Positions 13,801-27,688 of a stretch of 64,000 bases of DNA are shown here, in pieces. Made by a program: the position numbers and the translations under genes. Positions within the stretch are counted from its first letter, which is position 1; the number at the start of each line of letters is the position of its first letter. This stretch comes from Octopus vulgaris (Eukaryota), in the NCBI GenBank assembly GCA_951406725.2, contig OX597819.1, positions 16,926,001-16,990,000 of the forward strand. The letters are read 5' to 3'. The notes below the pieces were generated by a model. That model was not told the origin of the DNA, ran no database searches, and saw only the letters and a list, made by a program, of their open reading frames with translations.

Positions 13801-13817
13801 ATTCTCCATATGAATAA

Positions 13818-14367
13818 GGCGGTGAGCTGGTAGAATCGTTAGCACACCCATGCGAAATGCTTTGTGGTATTTCGTCTACCGCTACGTTCTGAGTTCAAAT
13901 TCCGCCAAAGCCGACTTTGCCTTTCATCCTTTCAGGGTCTATATAATCGACTTAATCCGTTTGTCTGTCCTTGTTTGTCCTCTCTGTGTTTAGCCCTTTG
14001 TGGATAGTAAAGAAATAGGTATTTCGTCTACCGCTACGTTCTGAGTTCAAATTCCGCCGAGGTCGACTTTGCCTTTCATCCATTCGGGGTCGATTAAATA
14101 AGTACTAGTTACGCACTGGGGTTGATATAATCGACTTAATCTGTTTGTCTGTCCTTGTTTGCTCTCTCTGTCTTTAGCCTCTTGTGGGTAGTAAAGAAAT
14201 AGGTATTTCGCCCGCCTTTACGTTCTCAGTTCAAATTCCGCCGAGGTCGACTTTACCTTTCAGGATCGGTTAAAGTAAGTGCCAACTGAATACAGGGGTC
14301 GATATAACCGATTTATTCTCTCCCCTGAAGTTGCTGGTTTTGTGCTAAAATTTGAAGCCAATATTAT
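13818..14367 (+). mobile_element. Head-to-tail trimer of family A SINE
   Basis: One headed unit followed by two units restarting at ggtatttcg after aaagaaata (about 14018 and 14202). Confidence 0.9.
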
Positions 14368-14578
14368 CCATACAAATACGGCTTACCATGCTCTTACAAC
14401 AAGGTGAAACTTCAAGACAAAACAACTGAAGAAGACCTCGATAAGAAAACCCTAGCAGACGGTACATTAGTACTCTACGAAGATTCCTCACAAAAATAAA
14501 CTACAATGATGAAAATATTTATAGCGTATATAGTATTTATAGTATAGCTCAATGCCAAAATAGATACAACCATACACA

Positions 14579-14609
<31 letters not shown>

Positions 14610-15542
14610 GCAATCATACACATGCGCGCAAGCACATATATAACTTCACACAAAGCATTACCTGCTTTCTAATGAGCAGTAACTTATATGCGCTATATGC
14701 ATCCTGCACCAACCTGTCTTCTCTTATAAGCAGTTGATACCGAGTGTTTTTTTTTTTTTTTGCAGCATCATCTCCATCAAATGCAATGAATTCGTGAAAC
14801 CTTTATCAAGCGCAGGCTGGCACATTCCAGAAATTTCGGAATTGTGATGTCCAACTTGACTACAATTTTTCTAATTGTTCCAAATCTGTGCGTATAAGTG
14901 TGTGTATCTGTGAGTGTGAGTTTTATGTGTGTATATTAGAGATATGTTTTGCCCCATACTAGCCCGCAGTTTATGATTATGTCCATTTAAAATCTCAAGC
15001 TGCTTTGCTATCGTCGGTAAATTTTAACCCTCAAAACGTACTTTTCCTAAGTAGAACTATTGCCTTCTAGCTTTGTCCTGCCGACCTAACTCTCATAAAC
15101 AGCATGGAATCGTCAACTTAGAGGTACATAGTGGTGAAGGCAGAGAAAAGGAGTGGTCTAAGTATTGTATTGAGGCACACACACATTAATGTCTGACAGA
15201 TCGGAGTGCTGAAGCAACTTTATCTGGTTCTCACGTAATTCCTAGGATTCTAGCATGGTGTAGAGTTCGTTGAGCAAAAGTCTGCCAAAAGTTCCCTCGA
15301 CGTCATAAGCTATGGCGATTAATTCGCTGGCCTACGTCTGGGAAGAAATAGTGAGAAGATCTACAGTGCTACAGCTTAGCCGGACCATGCGCGCACGTGT
15401 CTGTATACACACACTCACACACCATCACACACACATACACACACATGTATATGAATGTGTTTATATATGTGTGTATAGTAATGCACGCACACGTGCATAT
15501 ACAATATAAATATATGCGTATGTATAATGAGTGCATGTGTGC

Positions 15543-15865
<323 letters not shown>

Positions 15866-16302
15866 AGATATTTGTGAACACACGTGCACACAAAGCACAT
15901 GCATATATATACACATTCTCGCACTCACAAACGAGTCGAAGCCTGTCTTATTTATAGCGTAGCTTTTTCCATTTACAATTGACGTCATAGGGCGATCTAC
16001 GTAACACTCACCTTCCTACAACATCCGGTAGGCTTGCTATTACCGCATCTTACTTCTGGTTACGTCACGAATCATAGTCGTCGGATGCTGCTGATCCGAG
16101 TATGATACTTACCTCACTGCTGCCTCTCCGCTTATCAGGCATTCAAGCCCACCACCTTCACTCACGGTTTACCCGTTAATCTATAATCTGTTTCTTTATC
16201 TGTCTGCCTGTTTCTCTGTTCCTTTATATCTTTCTTTCTTTCTCTCTCTCATCCTCTCTCTCTTTCTGTATGTATGTGTATATGTGTGTATATATATATG
16301 TA

Positions 16303-16335
<33 letters not shown>

Positions 16336-16493
16336 TTATACATAGAGAGAGAATGAGAGGGAGAGGTGGAAGGAGAGAGAGACAGTATATCTATGCATAT
16401 CACTCGTTCATTGCTTATTACCCTTTCTCACCCCGTTCTTTTATTCTTTTTTTGTTACGTACTCGCAGGCACACGCGCGCGTGCAAACGCACA

Positions 16494-16582
<89 letters not shown>

Positions 16583-18080
16583 ATGATTTTAGTGAAAGCT
16601 GAGTGTTTCTTTTTAGTTATTCCGAGTTCCTCACTTGGAAATCCTTTAAGTGACTAAAAGATCTGGGAAAAGAAAGAGAGTTGGATGCATTTTGTAAACT
16701 TTTACTGCTGCTACTTGGCTAGATGGAGCTACATTTTTTTGAGGATACAGAAGTAGATCTATTTCACTCCAGTACTTGATTGATGCTAATTTAACTGGAT
16801 CTGAAGGGACGAAAACTGGAGTTGACCTCCAGAGGACTAGGATTTATAACTTAAATGGAAATAAAATACCTCAAGACACTAAATTGGGAGAAAGAAAGGA
16901 TGAGGTACAAAGACCATAACTATCTGCAGGGACTGCAATAATGTTAGATGAAAGGGAGAAAGGAATCACAACTCAAAAAAACAATACTGGTAGGAAGTAG
17001 TATAATTGAAAACATCAAGTTATCCTGCGACTGGATCCCTTAATGTCCGCAACAGAGCGGATTTCACTAAAAGTACTAAAGAGCCAGATGACAGTATTAA
17101 ACCGAGCGACCGATTAATTTCACCGCTCATCAAGTCAATTTGTACCCTGGCTCTCCTGGTCTTGGGATCGTTTATAACCCGAACCCCGACTAGCCTGTTA
17201 CAGAATACTGGTGTAATTTCCTATGAAGTTTCATTAAACCTTGTAATTCCGGTAGCCCAGGGTATGAGTGCCGTTAGGTCTTCTGGAGCTCATCGACCTT
17301 TAGCAGATCTTTTTTCAAAATTCTGCTGGGTGACCACCCATCATTGATTTTTATTAATGATATGTTCTTTGAGGGTTGTTGAGTTGGATTTGAGGAGCAT
17401 GTCTCAATAAGTGCAGCTCTCTATCCTCAAATCAGAAGTCTAGCCTGGATATATTTTAGATGAATTTTTCTATGATTTTCTCATTGATAAATCTGTGTGG
17501 ATATTCATTGTTTCAATGGCAATATTGTAGAAACCAGCTTCTTGTGACACATTATGCATTTTATTACATCATCAGTGCACTTGGTTAGGATCGTCTTTTG
17601 CTCAGAATTTACATCACCACCGGATAGTCCACATCCCTCTATAAACTATCTTTCGCTTTTTGCTTCACATGCTCTCACATACAAACTCAGGGTTGTTGAA
17701 TCACGATTATATGCTCGCCGTGGACTCTCAGCCTGCTAGAATTAGCAGTCAAAATTCCATTCATATCGCATCCTACAGTCTTGGAAAAGAAGTATGTCCT
17801 TGGAAAAACAAAACAAAACAAAACCAGACAAAATCGTCGATGCTTTTGATTATTGTTCTGCATGATCAAGTATGACCTGAAACAACAATAACAGCTGTCT
17901 AGACGCCATAAAAACAACAACAACAACAAATGCTGAGGTAATTCAATTTTCAAAATGTACATCTGAGGTACTTGGTTCTCTGGTCATTAGCATTAAGACC
18001 AACCAATTGTGCATGCCATGTCTGGATCTTAGAAATTAAAATCTAGTGTTGGAGAGAGAGTAGGATAGATAGATAGGTAG

Positions 18081-18137
<57 letters not shown>

Positions 18138-18601
18138 AAGAGAGAGAAGGATAGAGAGATGAGCAAAGTATAAGGGGTATATGAGAGGTATTGACAGTTA
18201 TATACTGATAGAGTGATTTACAGATAAATAGGGTGAGAGCAAGATAGATAGATGGATAGAAATAGAGAGTTTTATGGATATGTATGTTTGTATGTATGCA
18301 TCTATCTACACACTCAAACACACAAACACACACACACATACGCACACGCACACACATATGCTAACTTATGTTAGCTGAATGAGAGAGGAGTGCACAATAC
18401 ATATTGTGGGTGATTTTTTTAATGAAACTGAAAGTGAGAGTTTGTCTTGCGACTCGAGTGTCAATTTCAGCATGCATGTATGTATGCACACATGTATGTA
18501 CGTATGTGCGTATTCATGTATGTCGTTCATAGTCTAATGCGCAGGAAGGTGTTACATATAAATGTAATCGTCGCTATTTTGTATTCACGTATATATATAT
18601 A

Positions 18602-19612
18602 CTAGCATTAAAGACCCGTCGTTGCCGGGTCATAGTGCTAGTGCATGTATATATCTGTATATATATGTGTACATATTACATGTACATCTATATATATACA
18701 TCTACACATAAAATACAAAATACAAAGTTATATCTTGATATCGCTAGTGATAACAATACTCAAAATATATAACAGACTGGAATTGTTAGCATGTCTCTTG
18801 TAATTTCGATCAATTGTATCTTGTCCTCCCTCTTGTATAGAAGTGTGGCTACAATCCAGCCTACCTCTACTTCTGGGGGGCATTTAAAATTTTTTTCCGG
18901 GACGTCCCAGATATAAAGGTAAAAATAAAATATTTCCACTTTGCAAGTTCGAGTCGAGTACTCCCTTGCACGCTCCGTTGACTCGAATCTTGCTTCTATT
19001 GTGGCGAATTTACCGCCTCTGATTAGATACCTTTCATAGTCGCACCAAGACACTTTTCGAAGGTGCTTTCCTCCATATGTTCAAATCTTTTTTCTCTAAA
19101 TTGTATACTTTATAGACAATAGTCTTTTCTTTAATTAAATTTTTTATTATCCATCTGGACTATTCCATTTCTGCACGCTAATTTTATTTTTAATTTATTC
19201 CCATTCATGTGAAACCACTTATTCAAGTTCAAATCATTGATGCAATTTTATACCAATTGCTATTTTTACTTTTGTCATGTTACTTTAGTTTGATTTTAAT
19301 TATTAGTTACTACATATAATTCAATTGTTATTATTATCTTTATTGTTAAAGTGAAAGTATCTGACATAAAATAGAGAAACGTTTTTGTTTCACTTTTAAC
19401 ACGTAATACTGAAATAGTGGAGAAGATATGATATTGCTGTGGGCTCGCTCTAGGCAAGAAGTTGAACATCTTTTTTTTGCCGATGACATTCCCCGGACCC
19501 TAAGTAAGGCATGTGTAAAATTTGAATGACATTGGTTGTGTAGTTCTCAAGTTTTAGGGAAACACACAGACAGACAGATAGACACACATTCTCAGTTTTA
19601 TATCTATAAAGA
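18602..19612 (-). mobile_element. Non-autonomous Helitron, about 1.0 kb, both ends present
   Basis: Minus strand starts A|TCtttatagatataaaactgagaatgtgtgtc with (CTGT)n and ends acccg-gcaacga-cgggt hairpin + ctttaatgCTAG|T; inserted between A and T in a (TA)n tract with no TSD. Confidence 0.9.
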
Positions 19613-19619
19613 TATATAT

Positions 19620-20007
19620 ATAAAATTGAATAAGGGTAGAAATTGATATTAATCAATTAAAACCAGTGGCCTAGCATATTAAAAAATCCGATTTTAAAAT
19701 ATTTTTACATACAAAATTTAAAGGACTGACCACTAAAAGTGAACGGTCAACATGCTAGATATAGACGCCAAAATCGCTATTTTCCACAGACTTTCACGTA
19801 TCCATATGCGTGGATATTAACAATCGAAACTGATCGGTACATAGGTAATCGTTATTATTTCGTATATTTTCATTTGCCTTGCTTATTTTTTACGCTTTGG
19901 TTTGTGCTGAGTTTTTATTTGAGATCACATTCTTCGTGCAAAATAGCGATTTCGACGTCTATATCTAGCATGTTGACCGTCCACTTTTAGTGGTCAGTCC
20001 TTTAAAT
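19620..20007. mobile_element. Miniature element with about 75-bp inverted arms (19716-19790 / 19935-20007)
   Basis: atttaaaggactgaccactaaaagtgaacggtcaacatgctagatatagacg versus cgtctatatctagcatgttgaccgtccacttttagtggtcagtcctttaaat; bounded by (TA)n. Confidence 0.75.
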
Positions 20008-20044
20008 GTTATATATATATATATATACGTGAATATATATATAT

Positions 20045-21305
20045 AGTAAATGGAAGACGGAAGATGGAGTATACGAGAATTTATTATTAATCACATCAAT
20101 TGTTTCGACATATCTAGCATAGATCCCTCACGGGCGGGTCATTTAACAACTATATTTAATTGGCACACCGTGAAGGTATCCTACGCTAACTCTGCTATTT
20201 TAGAGCTGCTTATGCACCACATAGACAATAGTGAAATGTGACAGTTTCAATAACCTATCTACTGGATCTAGCGAACATACGCATCTAAATACGAACAAAG
20301 GAGATGTAAACCACAATGAAAAACACCAATGACGGCCAAATTGTAATTGTAGAAATGCTTATGATACAGCTAATACGGTATCATAGCTGCATCATATGAT
20401 GGAATCGGAACTGCCTTATATACAAATAAATGTGATAAATGCTCGTGCAGAGAAAAATCAAAATGCTCATTGATGAACCTCTGTATGAGTACAAATCTTG
20501 TATATAAATGTACCGTGCACACAAGGAGAAGTGCGTATGCTTACATTCGACAGGCGGTTAATTAATTTAAGTATCGTTATCCTAACCATGTCGCCAGCTT
20601 TAAGACGATCAATAAGAAACATGCAACATCTTTGGCCGATTTTGTATGGCGACTGAAGGAGGATAAAATTAAGTACAGCATAACTTGGTCCATAAGGCAC
20701 GCAAAACCATACAATATCATTTCCAGGAGATGCCGTCTCTGCTCCGAGAAATCCCTGTCTATTCTGTGCATTAATGAGAAGATCATTAATAGAATTTCTG
20801 AAAGTCTCTCAAGATGCCTACACGCATATAAATGTACTTTTGTACAATGCAGTTGGAATGAATTTAGTAACTGTTAACATTACTTTACTTTACTTTAAGG
20901 CTTGAGTGAATTAAGTTTAGTTTTAACCTTCCCATTCTTATAAATACCAAGTAGATATTTAACTCGCTTTGTGATCGTGAGTGCACCAAATCACACGTGT
21001 GCTTATACTTATATTTTTGCGGATGCTTGTATGAGTGAGTATACACGCGCCATGTAGCTTGCGCGAAGGCGTTATACATCCATATTTATTTTCAATACAT
21101 TTATTGCTGTACTTCGTGTTTATTTCTTTTTTGCATTTGTGATTTTATTTTTGATCTTCTATGTGAATGAAGATATTTCCTTCGTTTTGCTGCTTTTCTT
21201 TCTACGAAATGAGAAGATACATTACGGAACTATTATTTTAACGAGTTGTGTCTATTTATCACCCGATGAGACACATCTGCACCGCCGGATGCTCCTGAAC
21301 CAGTT
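20045..21305 (+). mobile_element. Penelope-like element relic (GIY-YIG endonuclease C-terminus)
   Basis: TSLADFVWRLKEDKIKYSITWSI...AKPYN...RRCRLC...NRISESLSRCLH matches the PLE endonuclease C-terminus; hammerhead half-motifs at both ends; flanked by (TA)n. Confidence 0.85.
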
Positions 21306-23169
21306 TTTGTATATATATATATATATACACATACACATATTCATGTATGTATATCTGTAGATTTATATATATGTGTATATATGTGTGTGTGTTTTCGCAT
21401 GCATGCATATACACACAAAGCAACACACACAAACATGTACACGTACATAAACACTGTAATTGTCACATATGAAGGTGGATTATTTTAAACATTTCCGCCG
21501 AATATTTTGCCTCCATGTTGTTGAAGTATAATACATCTTTTATTCTGTTCATAATTAGCTTAATTTCTGATTTACTGGTAGGGAAAGTTAACGTTTTTTT
21601 TCCTTTTATTTTTAATGGAGTATTGGCTGTGTAATTGATGGTTAATAAATTATGATATCAAACTGGGGGAGTGTATGTTGCAGTTTATTATCAGTGTTAA
21701 CTACATCACTTTATATCTAACATAATATTTCTTCATAGTAGTAAACAGAAAGATTTTTAAGTTTTGATTTTATCTAGAACGATGTGTTGATGATATCTAA
21801 TCGACATTTTGTAGGGTTAATAAATTTTGTGGATGGGTTCCTTAGAAAATTATTTTTGGAACCTTAAAAGTATCAAATGGTTTCTTTAGTACTAAAATTT
21901 CAATTCCATCGATTATATTGAAGCTAATTGCAATCTCTTTTGCTACAAAAGTAATGGAATCTAATTTGCTATTATCGTTATTTGTTTAACTTCGCAACGA
22001 TCTTTTGAATGGAAATTTCAATTACGTTTAAGAGGAATTTTGGGTAATATTTTTGTGACAATATGGTAGTGATTTCTTTTAGAGGTGTGAGGGAGGGGGT
22101 GAAAGTACGTGTTCCAGCTTTCTTACTAGTTTTGTATTAAATGTTCTACTAGTAAAAGATGCGCAATGAATGAATAAATACATGGTTTTGTATATAATTA
22201 CAAGAAAAAGAGAATATTGGTGTAAAATTTAGTCGAAGCTGAAATTTTAAATGTAACTCGGCGCGTCATGCTGGAGTGAAGCAAAGTAGAGCATTCACAC
22301 ACACACATACACGCACCTCCCTACATAACATAATTATTTCAACTGAGGAGAAGATAAGTCAAATCAATGTTACGTACGTTTCGGTAAACGAATGCCATTT
22401 ATTTCATATTAACTTAAAAGCCAAAATCCCGGTGGACTTTTAAGCTAGCTCTTGCAGCCCAAAACTAAAGAGAACTAAATAGCATGACTATAATACGTCT
22501 ATAATGACTATATTTCCAGGTGGTGTCTGATCAGAGGTTAAGGACAGATGAAAATTTATTCTGTAGTGCAGACATTCTATTATTCCAGTTCCAAGTGGAA
22601 TTCCAACAGTCGGCCAATTTGTCCCAAAGTCCTTTTCTCGACGTAAAATTTACGAAGCAAATCTCATTTATCTCCCCCTTAATCTCTGAATCAGCCAAGC
22701 TTTACCTGCTAGAAATAGCAACCCAAATGCTTTCAAATCAGATCCCAATGCAATGAAGGGCAGATTTTCAATCCTGAGATCATTCTGATTCCAAAAACGT
22801 ATAATATGTTTATGTAGAGCAAATGTGGACTGAGATGCAGGGGACTCAGAAGGATAGACAGTATTTCGCTCTTATTATTATAGATTACATAAGAAATTAT
22901 GTAATTCATGGAATAAATTAGTGTTTACTTGATTCTTTATTTGAATAACAATCAACATCATGTTTCACCAGCACTGGATTACATTTTCATGTGCCTAAAT
23001 GTTTTATCCAACCATTTACCATCCATCCATCCATCCATCCATCCATCCACACACATGAAACCCCTTTTCTTTTCAATATATACTGAAACACTCCTGTGTT
23101 CCAGCTTATAATTTTGAATTTCTTTTTCTATATTTCCGTACGATATCTTTGTAGTAAAGTTATAAAATT

Positions 23170-24650
23170 CTTCATTTATACTTTTAGGATTTCACGATTT
23201 CATATTTGGGGTGAAACAAGGTTGGTATGTGCTGCAGGGTCTTCAATATTAATTAGGACCAATACAATTGCTGTAGACATTACTGTAGCCTTTTGGAGTT
23301 TCGACTGTCAGAGTTATTCCATCATCAGTCAGTTGTAATTTTTTTGTTTGTTTTTCATTTATGTTATTACTGTATATATTTTAGTGTTTGTATATTTTAA
23401 CTTTGAGATTTTGCTTCCATTATTAATCATTTATCTATTTTTGTGAATAATTCTCTCGATTTGTGGTTCTCAACTGGGATCCATATAAGATCTTTGGGGG
23501 TCCACGCAAAAAAAAAGTAGTAAATTGGGGATCTACAGAGTATTTTAAAGGTCTATGAAAAATTTTTGATTTAGATGTATTTATTGCAAGAAACCGCTAT
23601 GTTTCTTCCTCTTACAATATTTTACACAGTTCAACCTACACAAGATAGTGTAGGAAAAACAAAATAGGAATTTTGAAAGAAATTCCTATAAAACTAGTTT
23701 TAAAAGTATCAAATGACTTTGGGGGTCCACCAGAGTAAAATAATAATAAAAGGTGTCCAAAGGTAAAAATAGTTAAGAATCCTTGCTCTAGAGCATGGAG
23801 GTATTGTCCATTGATGTTTTCCTTGTAGTCTTCTTTTATGTTGTGTGATGCAGGGCATTTTGGTTCCTCCCTATTGATTGTGCATAGTAAGCCGGCAGGA
23901 GAATACCGTATGTGTATGACCAATATAATTGATGAAGTCGTGGAATTTACAACAACCACTTTTGCAATCGAATTTAAAAATCAGGTTAGTATTTAGAAGC
24001 TTTAGATAATATCACATTCTGATGGTTTGTAACTGATAACAAAATTCTTAATTTTAGTTGTTTTGTCGCATAATTTGTTGACTTATGGTTTACTGTAATG
24101 CGTTAGATTATAAAATATATTAGGATTAATAATGTGTTCAGCTATTCTTATAATTACCGTTTAATTTATATATACACTTCATATTTCGTTTATATATTTC
24201 TAACAGGTGTAATGTCTGCATTTATTGTACTGTAGTATCATTTACTTCGTTATCACTTTGTATTGCTCTATTAGTTGGATATAATTCTCGTCGTTAATTA
24301 GTTTTCATTTTTCCTGCGGGCTTCGCTTTCTAGTGATTTGTTTGTGGAGGTGTTTTTAGGTGCTCTTTGACATTTTAGATCTTTATGCGGAATTCACTGT
24401 CTCCATATCGATACAGGCGTTTTACTTACATTCTTCTGAATAGGTATTTCATTAATGACATTTTATATATGTGGGTATTCACTGTCTCTACGAAAGTACA
24501 GGCGTTATTTTTGTGTCTTAGCTGTAGACGGAAGTATCATATTCGTTATTTTCGATCTAAATATTTATGTCTCGAAATGGAGTCAATATATTACTTGACG
24601 TTTTGTTTGTATTGCACTGGATGTTGAATTTTAGTTCGGAGTTTTTTGTT
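23170..24650 (-). mobile_element. Decayed Penelope-like element (GIY-YIG region)
   Basis: Minus strand near 23830-23985 reads IFKFDCKSGCC...NYIGHTHTVFSCRLTMH; outer boundaries approximate. Confidence 0.55.
23461..23785. mobile_element. Older hAT/Charlie-like MITE
   Basis: Degenerate TIRs gtggttctcaac / gttaagaatccttg; imperfect 8-bp TSD ctctcgat / ctctagag; gggggtccac subterminal motifs. Confidence 0.75.
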
Positions 24651-25418
24651 TTCAAGCTCTTCATTTAATTTCTCGGTCTTCCAAATGTATTATCTATATG
24701 CAAAGTTATTCTATCATATTGATTACATAGCTTGATTTGTGGACAAACGAAGTACTAGATAAATAAATCTACAGAATAAAACAAACACTAATCTACAGCA
24801 GTTATTCAAACAAACCGAGAAAGCAACTATAGAATACTATAGATACAAATACAACGAAATAAGTACATCAGACAATACGGCTATTAAAATAAACACGGAT
24901 GAAAACCATTATACTGTTCTCAAAACTAACATAGAAAATACATGATAGATCCAGTAACAAAAAATTTGTACCATTCTAATTACCATCCATATCAATAAAG
25001 ATTTTAGCGATCCACTCAAACTAAAACTTCTCAATTCTAGTTTGAGAAACAGCATAAAATTCTAGCTAGCAAACGATTGTTCAAGTGGCCATGGATTTGT
25101 AGTGTGGAAGAAAAACACTTCCAAAATATGTAATCTACAGAATGGCCCACCACAGGAGCCTGTCTTTTCACCCACACTTCGCTGCAAACATAATCGTGTG
25201 CGCTCACACATAGTGTATATCTTTATGATGACAGGTAAAAACATTGCCCGGTAGGTAGTGTTTCTGTTAGTATTGATAAAAATGATTAAGATTTTGTTGA
25301 GAAAGGCGTTTCTGTGTCTGCAAAAATGAGAATGGCTCAGTTTTTCTTTTGAAGTGTGAGTGCTTGAGGAGATTAGTTTTTACTCGGCGATACAGACAAT
25401 GTAGTTATATATCTTTGA

Positions 25419-25472
25419 AATAATAATAATAATAATATTATTAATAATAATAATAATAATAAAAATAATAAT

Positions 25473-25560
<88 letters not shown>
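25419..25560. repeat. (AAT)n/(AAC)n microsatellite
   Basis: Direct inspection. Confidence 0.97.
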
Positions 25561-25563
<3 letters not shown>

Positions 25564-26376
25564 TCGTTTATTGGCCACAAGAGCTTACTTAAAACTACAT
25601 TAAAACACATACAACATAAAATACAAAAACAGGACGATACAATGGGTTTTACAAGTGTGAACAATATATATTACGATGAAAAATTAAACAATTTAAAACT
25701 CCAAATAGGGAAGGTGCTTTAAGGACCTTGTTGAAAAGCCCACAAAAGCCACGGGTTCCTGAACAAAAGGGCAAGAGCCCTTCTTTTGTTTACAGGTGCA
25801 CACTCAAAATTGGTCCTTTCACATTGGCCATTCTTCCAACATTCACCCACCTTTCAGAAAACTTGCTACAAGGCAACACTTCCCTCTCCACCCTCAACTT
25901 CCTTTTCAAGTGAAACTTGAAAAAGTTAATGAGGGATTGGCCAAAGAGGAAAGTGCCTGTCTTTAGCCCTTTCAAACGGGTCCACCATACTACCTCTTTC
26001 GCTACAGCCACTAGACAAATAAAAATCGCCTTTCCCTCCCGGCCAAAAGAGGGCGGCGGAGCAATCTTTACAGTGGATTCAGCTGGTAGCCGGATCCGTC
26101 CTACACGCGACAGCAGGTGTTCGACATAAACCCACAGGTCAGCAATACTCGGGCACTGGACTAGGGCGTGCAGAACGGTTTCATCGTTCTGGGCGCACCT
26201 CGGGCAGGCCCGGCTGACAGCACTTCCATGGCTGTAAAGTTTATCTCGAACAGGCAGCGCCCCTCGGTAGTACTGTCAGGCAAGGGATTTCTGGAAGTTA
26301 TCCATAGGCCCAGGCCCGAAAGTTCTCCGAAACAGACCGGTTAGTTGATCTTCATCAACGCCCAGAGTTTCCCAGA
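25561..26376 (-). mobile_element. 5'-truncated Tx1/L1-clade LINE (ORF2 C-terminus and 3' UTR)
   Basis: Minus strand: ALPVRDKL...CPRCAQNDETVLHALVQCP...AKEVVWWTR...KFSERW; 3' end gtggccaataaacgaatt followed by (TTA)n. Confidence 0.9.
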
Positions 26377-26472
26377 GAATAATCTTTTCTACTATAGGCA
26401 CTAGGCCTGAAATTCGGGGTGGGGGAAGGGGCCAGTCGATTAGATCGACCCCAATACGCAACTGATACTTAT
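26377..26472 (-). mobile_element. Family A SINE 3' half
   Basis: Reverse complement has ttggggtcgatctaatcgactggcccctt...aatttcaggcctagtgcctatagtagaaaagattatt. Confidence 0.8.
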
Positions 26473-27446
26473 AGGAACTGAGACTCGCAATGTCAATGTG
26501 CAGCAGGTACAAACTTGTACACTGCAAAAATTTTCGCTTCTATCAATCGCCCAAAGCAAGTAAAACCTACACCTGAAGGTGACCGCTTTGCTGAAGTCGA
26601 CTGTTAGTAGAAGTACCCACTTTGAATAAATGGAAGTATACGAGAGAAATGGGAGAGGGAAGGAAGGGGAGGGAGCGAGAGGAAGAAAAAGTTATTTTTC
26701 ATAACTCATTTTTGTTTAGCATATGCAGCTTACTTCACAAATAAATGTGCTCAACTATTTTTGTTTATATCCATGACCCTTGGCTGCTAGAAATAGAGAC
26801 AGGGTAGGATAAATATCGTGCTGCTGAAACCTGTTGAGAGAGAAACACATGTCCACAACTGTTCTCTTATCTTCAGATACTGAGCCTATCTTCTTCCTTA
26901 ATGTCATGTCGAGATTTGGAGAATTCTTGTTTTTTGAGATTATCTCCATTTCTCACACAGAGCTGGTTTTAATTGTCATTTGGTAATGTGACATAACCTC
27001 TAGAGGCGGAGATGATTTTAATAAATAAAAAAAATTATGTTGTTTGATATTTGATACACTACTATTTCGCTGTATTACACACACACACACACACACTCAC
27101 ACACACACACGTATGTCTTATATGTGTATGTGTGAGCCTAATGTATCTAATCACTGACATTACACCTGCTTGCATTTTACTTCAAGCGACTTCACATCAT
27201 ACTCAAGGCCCTGAGACAAATCAAACACCCGTCACACCCGTCACACCCGTCACACCAAAGAACAATTACAAGAGTCATAACAGCAAAAGGAATAACAATT
27301 AACGTCGAAACTGAAAGAACAACTCCCCTAAAAATTCAGTCAAGCAATAAATGTATTAAGAAATTATAATAAAATATATGAGAAATAAAAGCTTACGTTT
27401 TTGTGTGCGCGTTTCTTCGTGTGTGTGTGTGTGTGTGTGTATTAAT

Positions 27447-27688
27447 ATACATACATACATACATACAAACATACATACAAACATACATACATACATACAT
27501 ACATACACACATATATGCATACATACATACATACATGCATACATACATACATACATTACATACAAACATACATACATACATACATATATGCATACATACA
27601 TACATACATACGTACATACATACATACATACAAACATACATACATACATACATACAAACATACATACATACATACATATATGCATACA

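Noticed and set aside
13818-14367. CRISPR-like or regularly spaced repeat array
   Set aside because: Units are whole SINE bodies without unique spacers; eukaryotic context and no cas genes.
16990-17560. Coding-like stretches of unknown origin (also about 31000-31480, 40550-40900, 43380-43950)
   Set aside because: Probably old TE relics, but I found no diagnostic motif to assign them.
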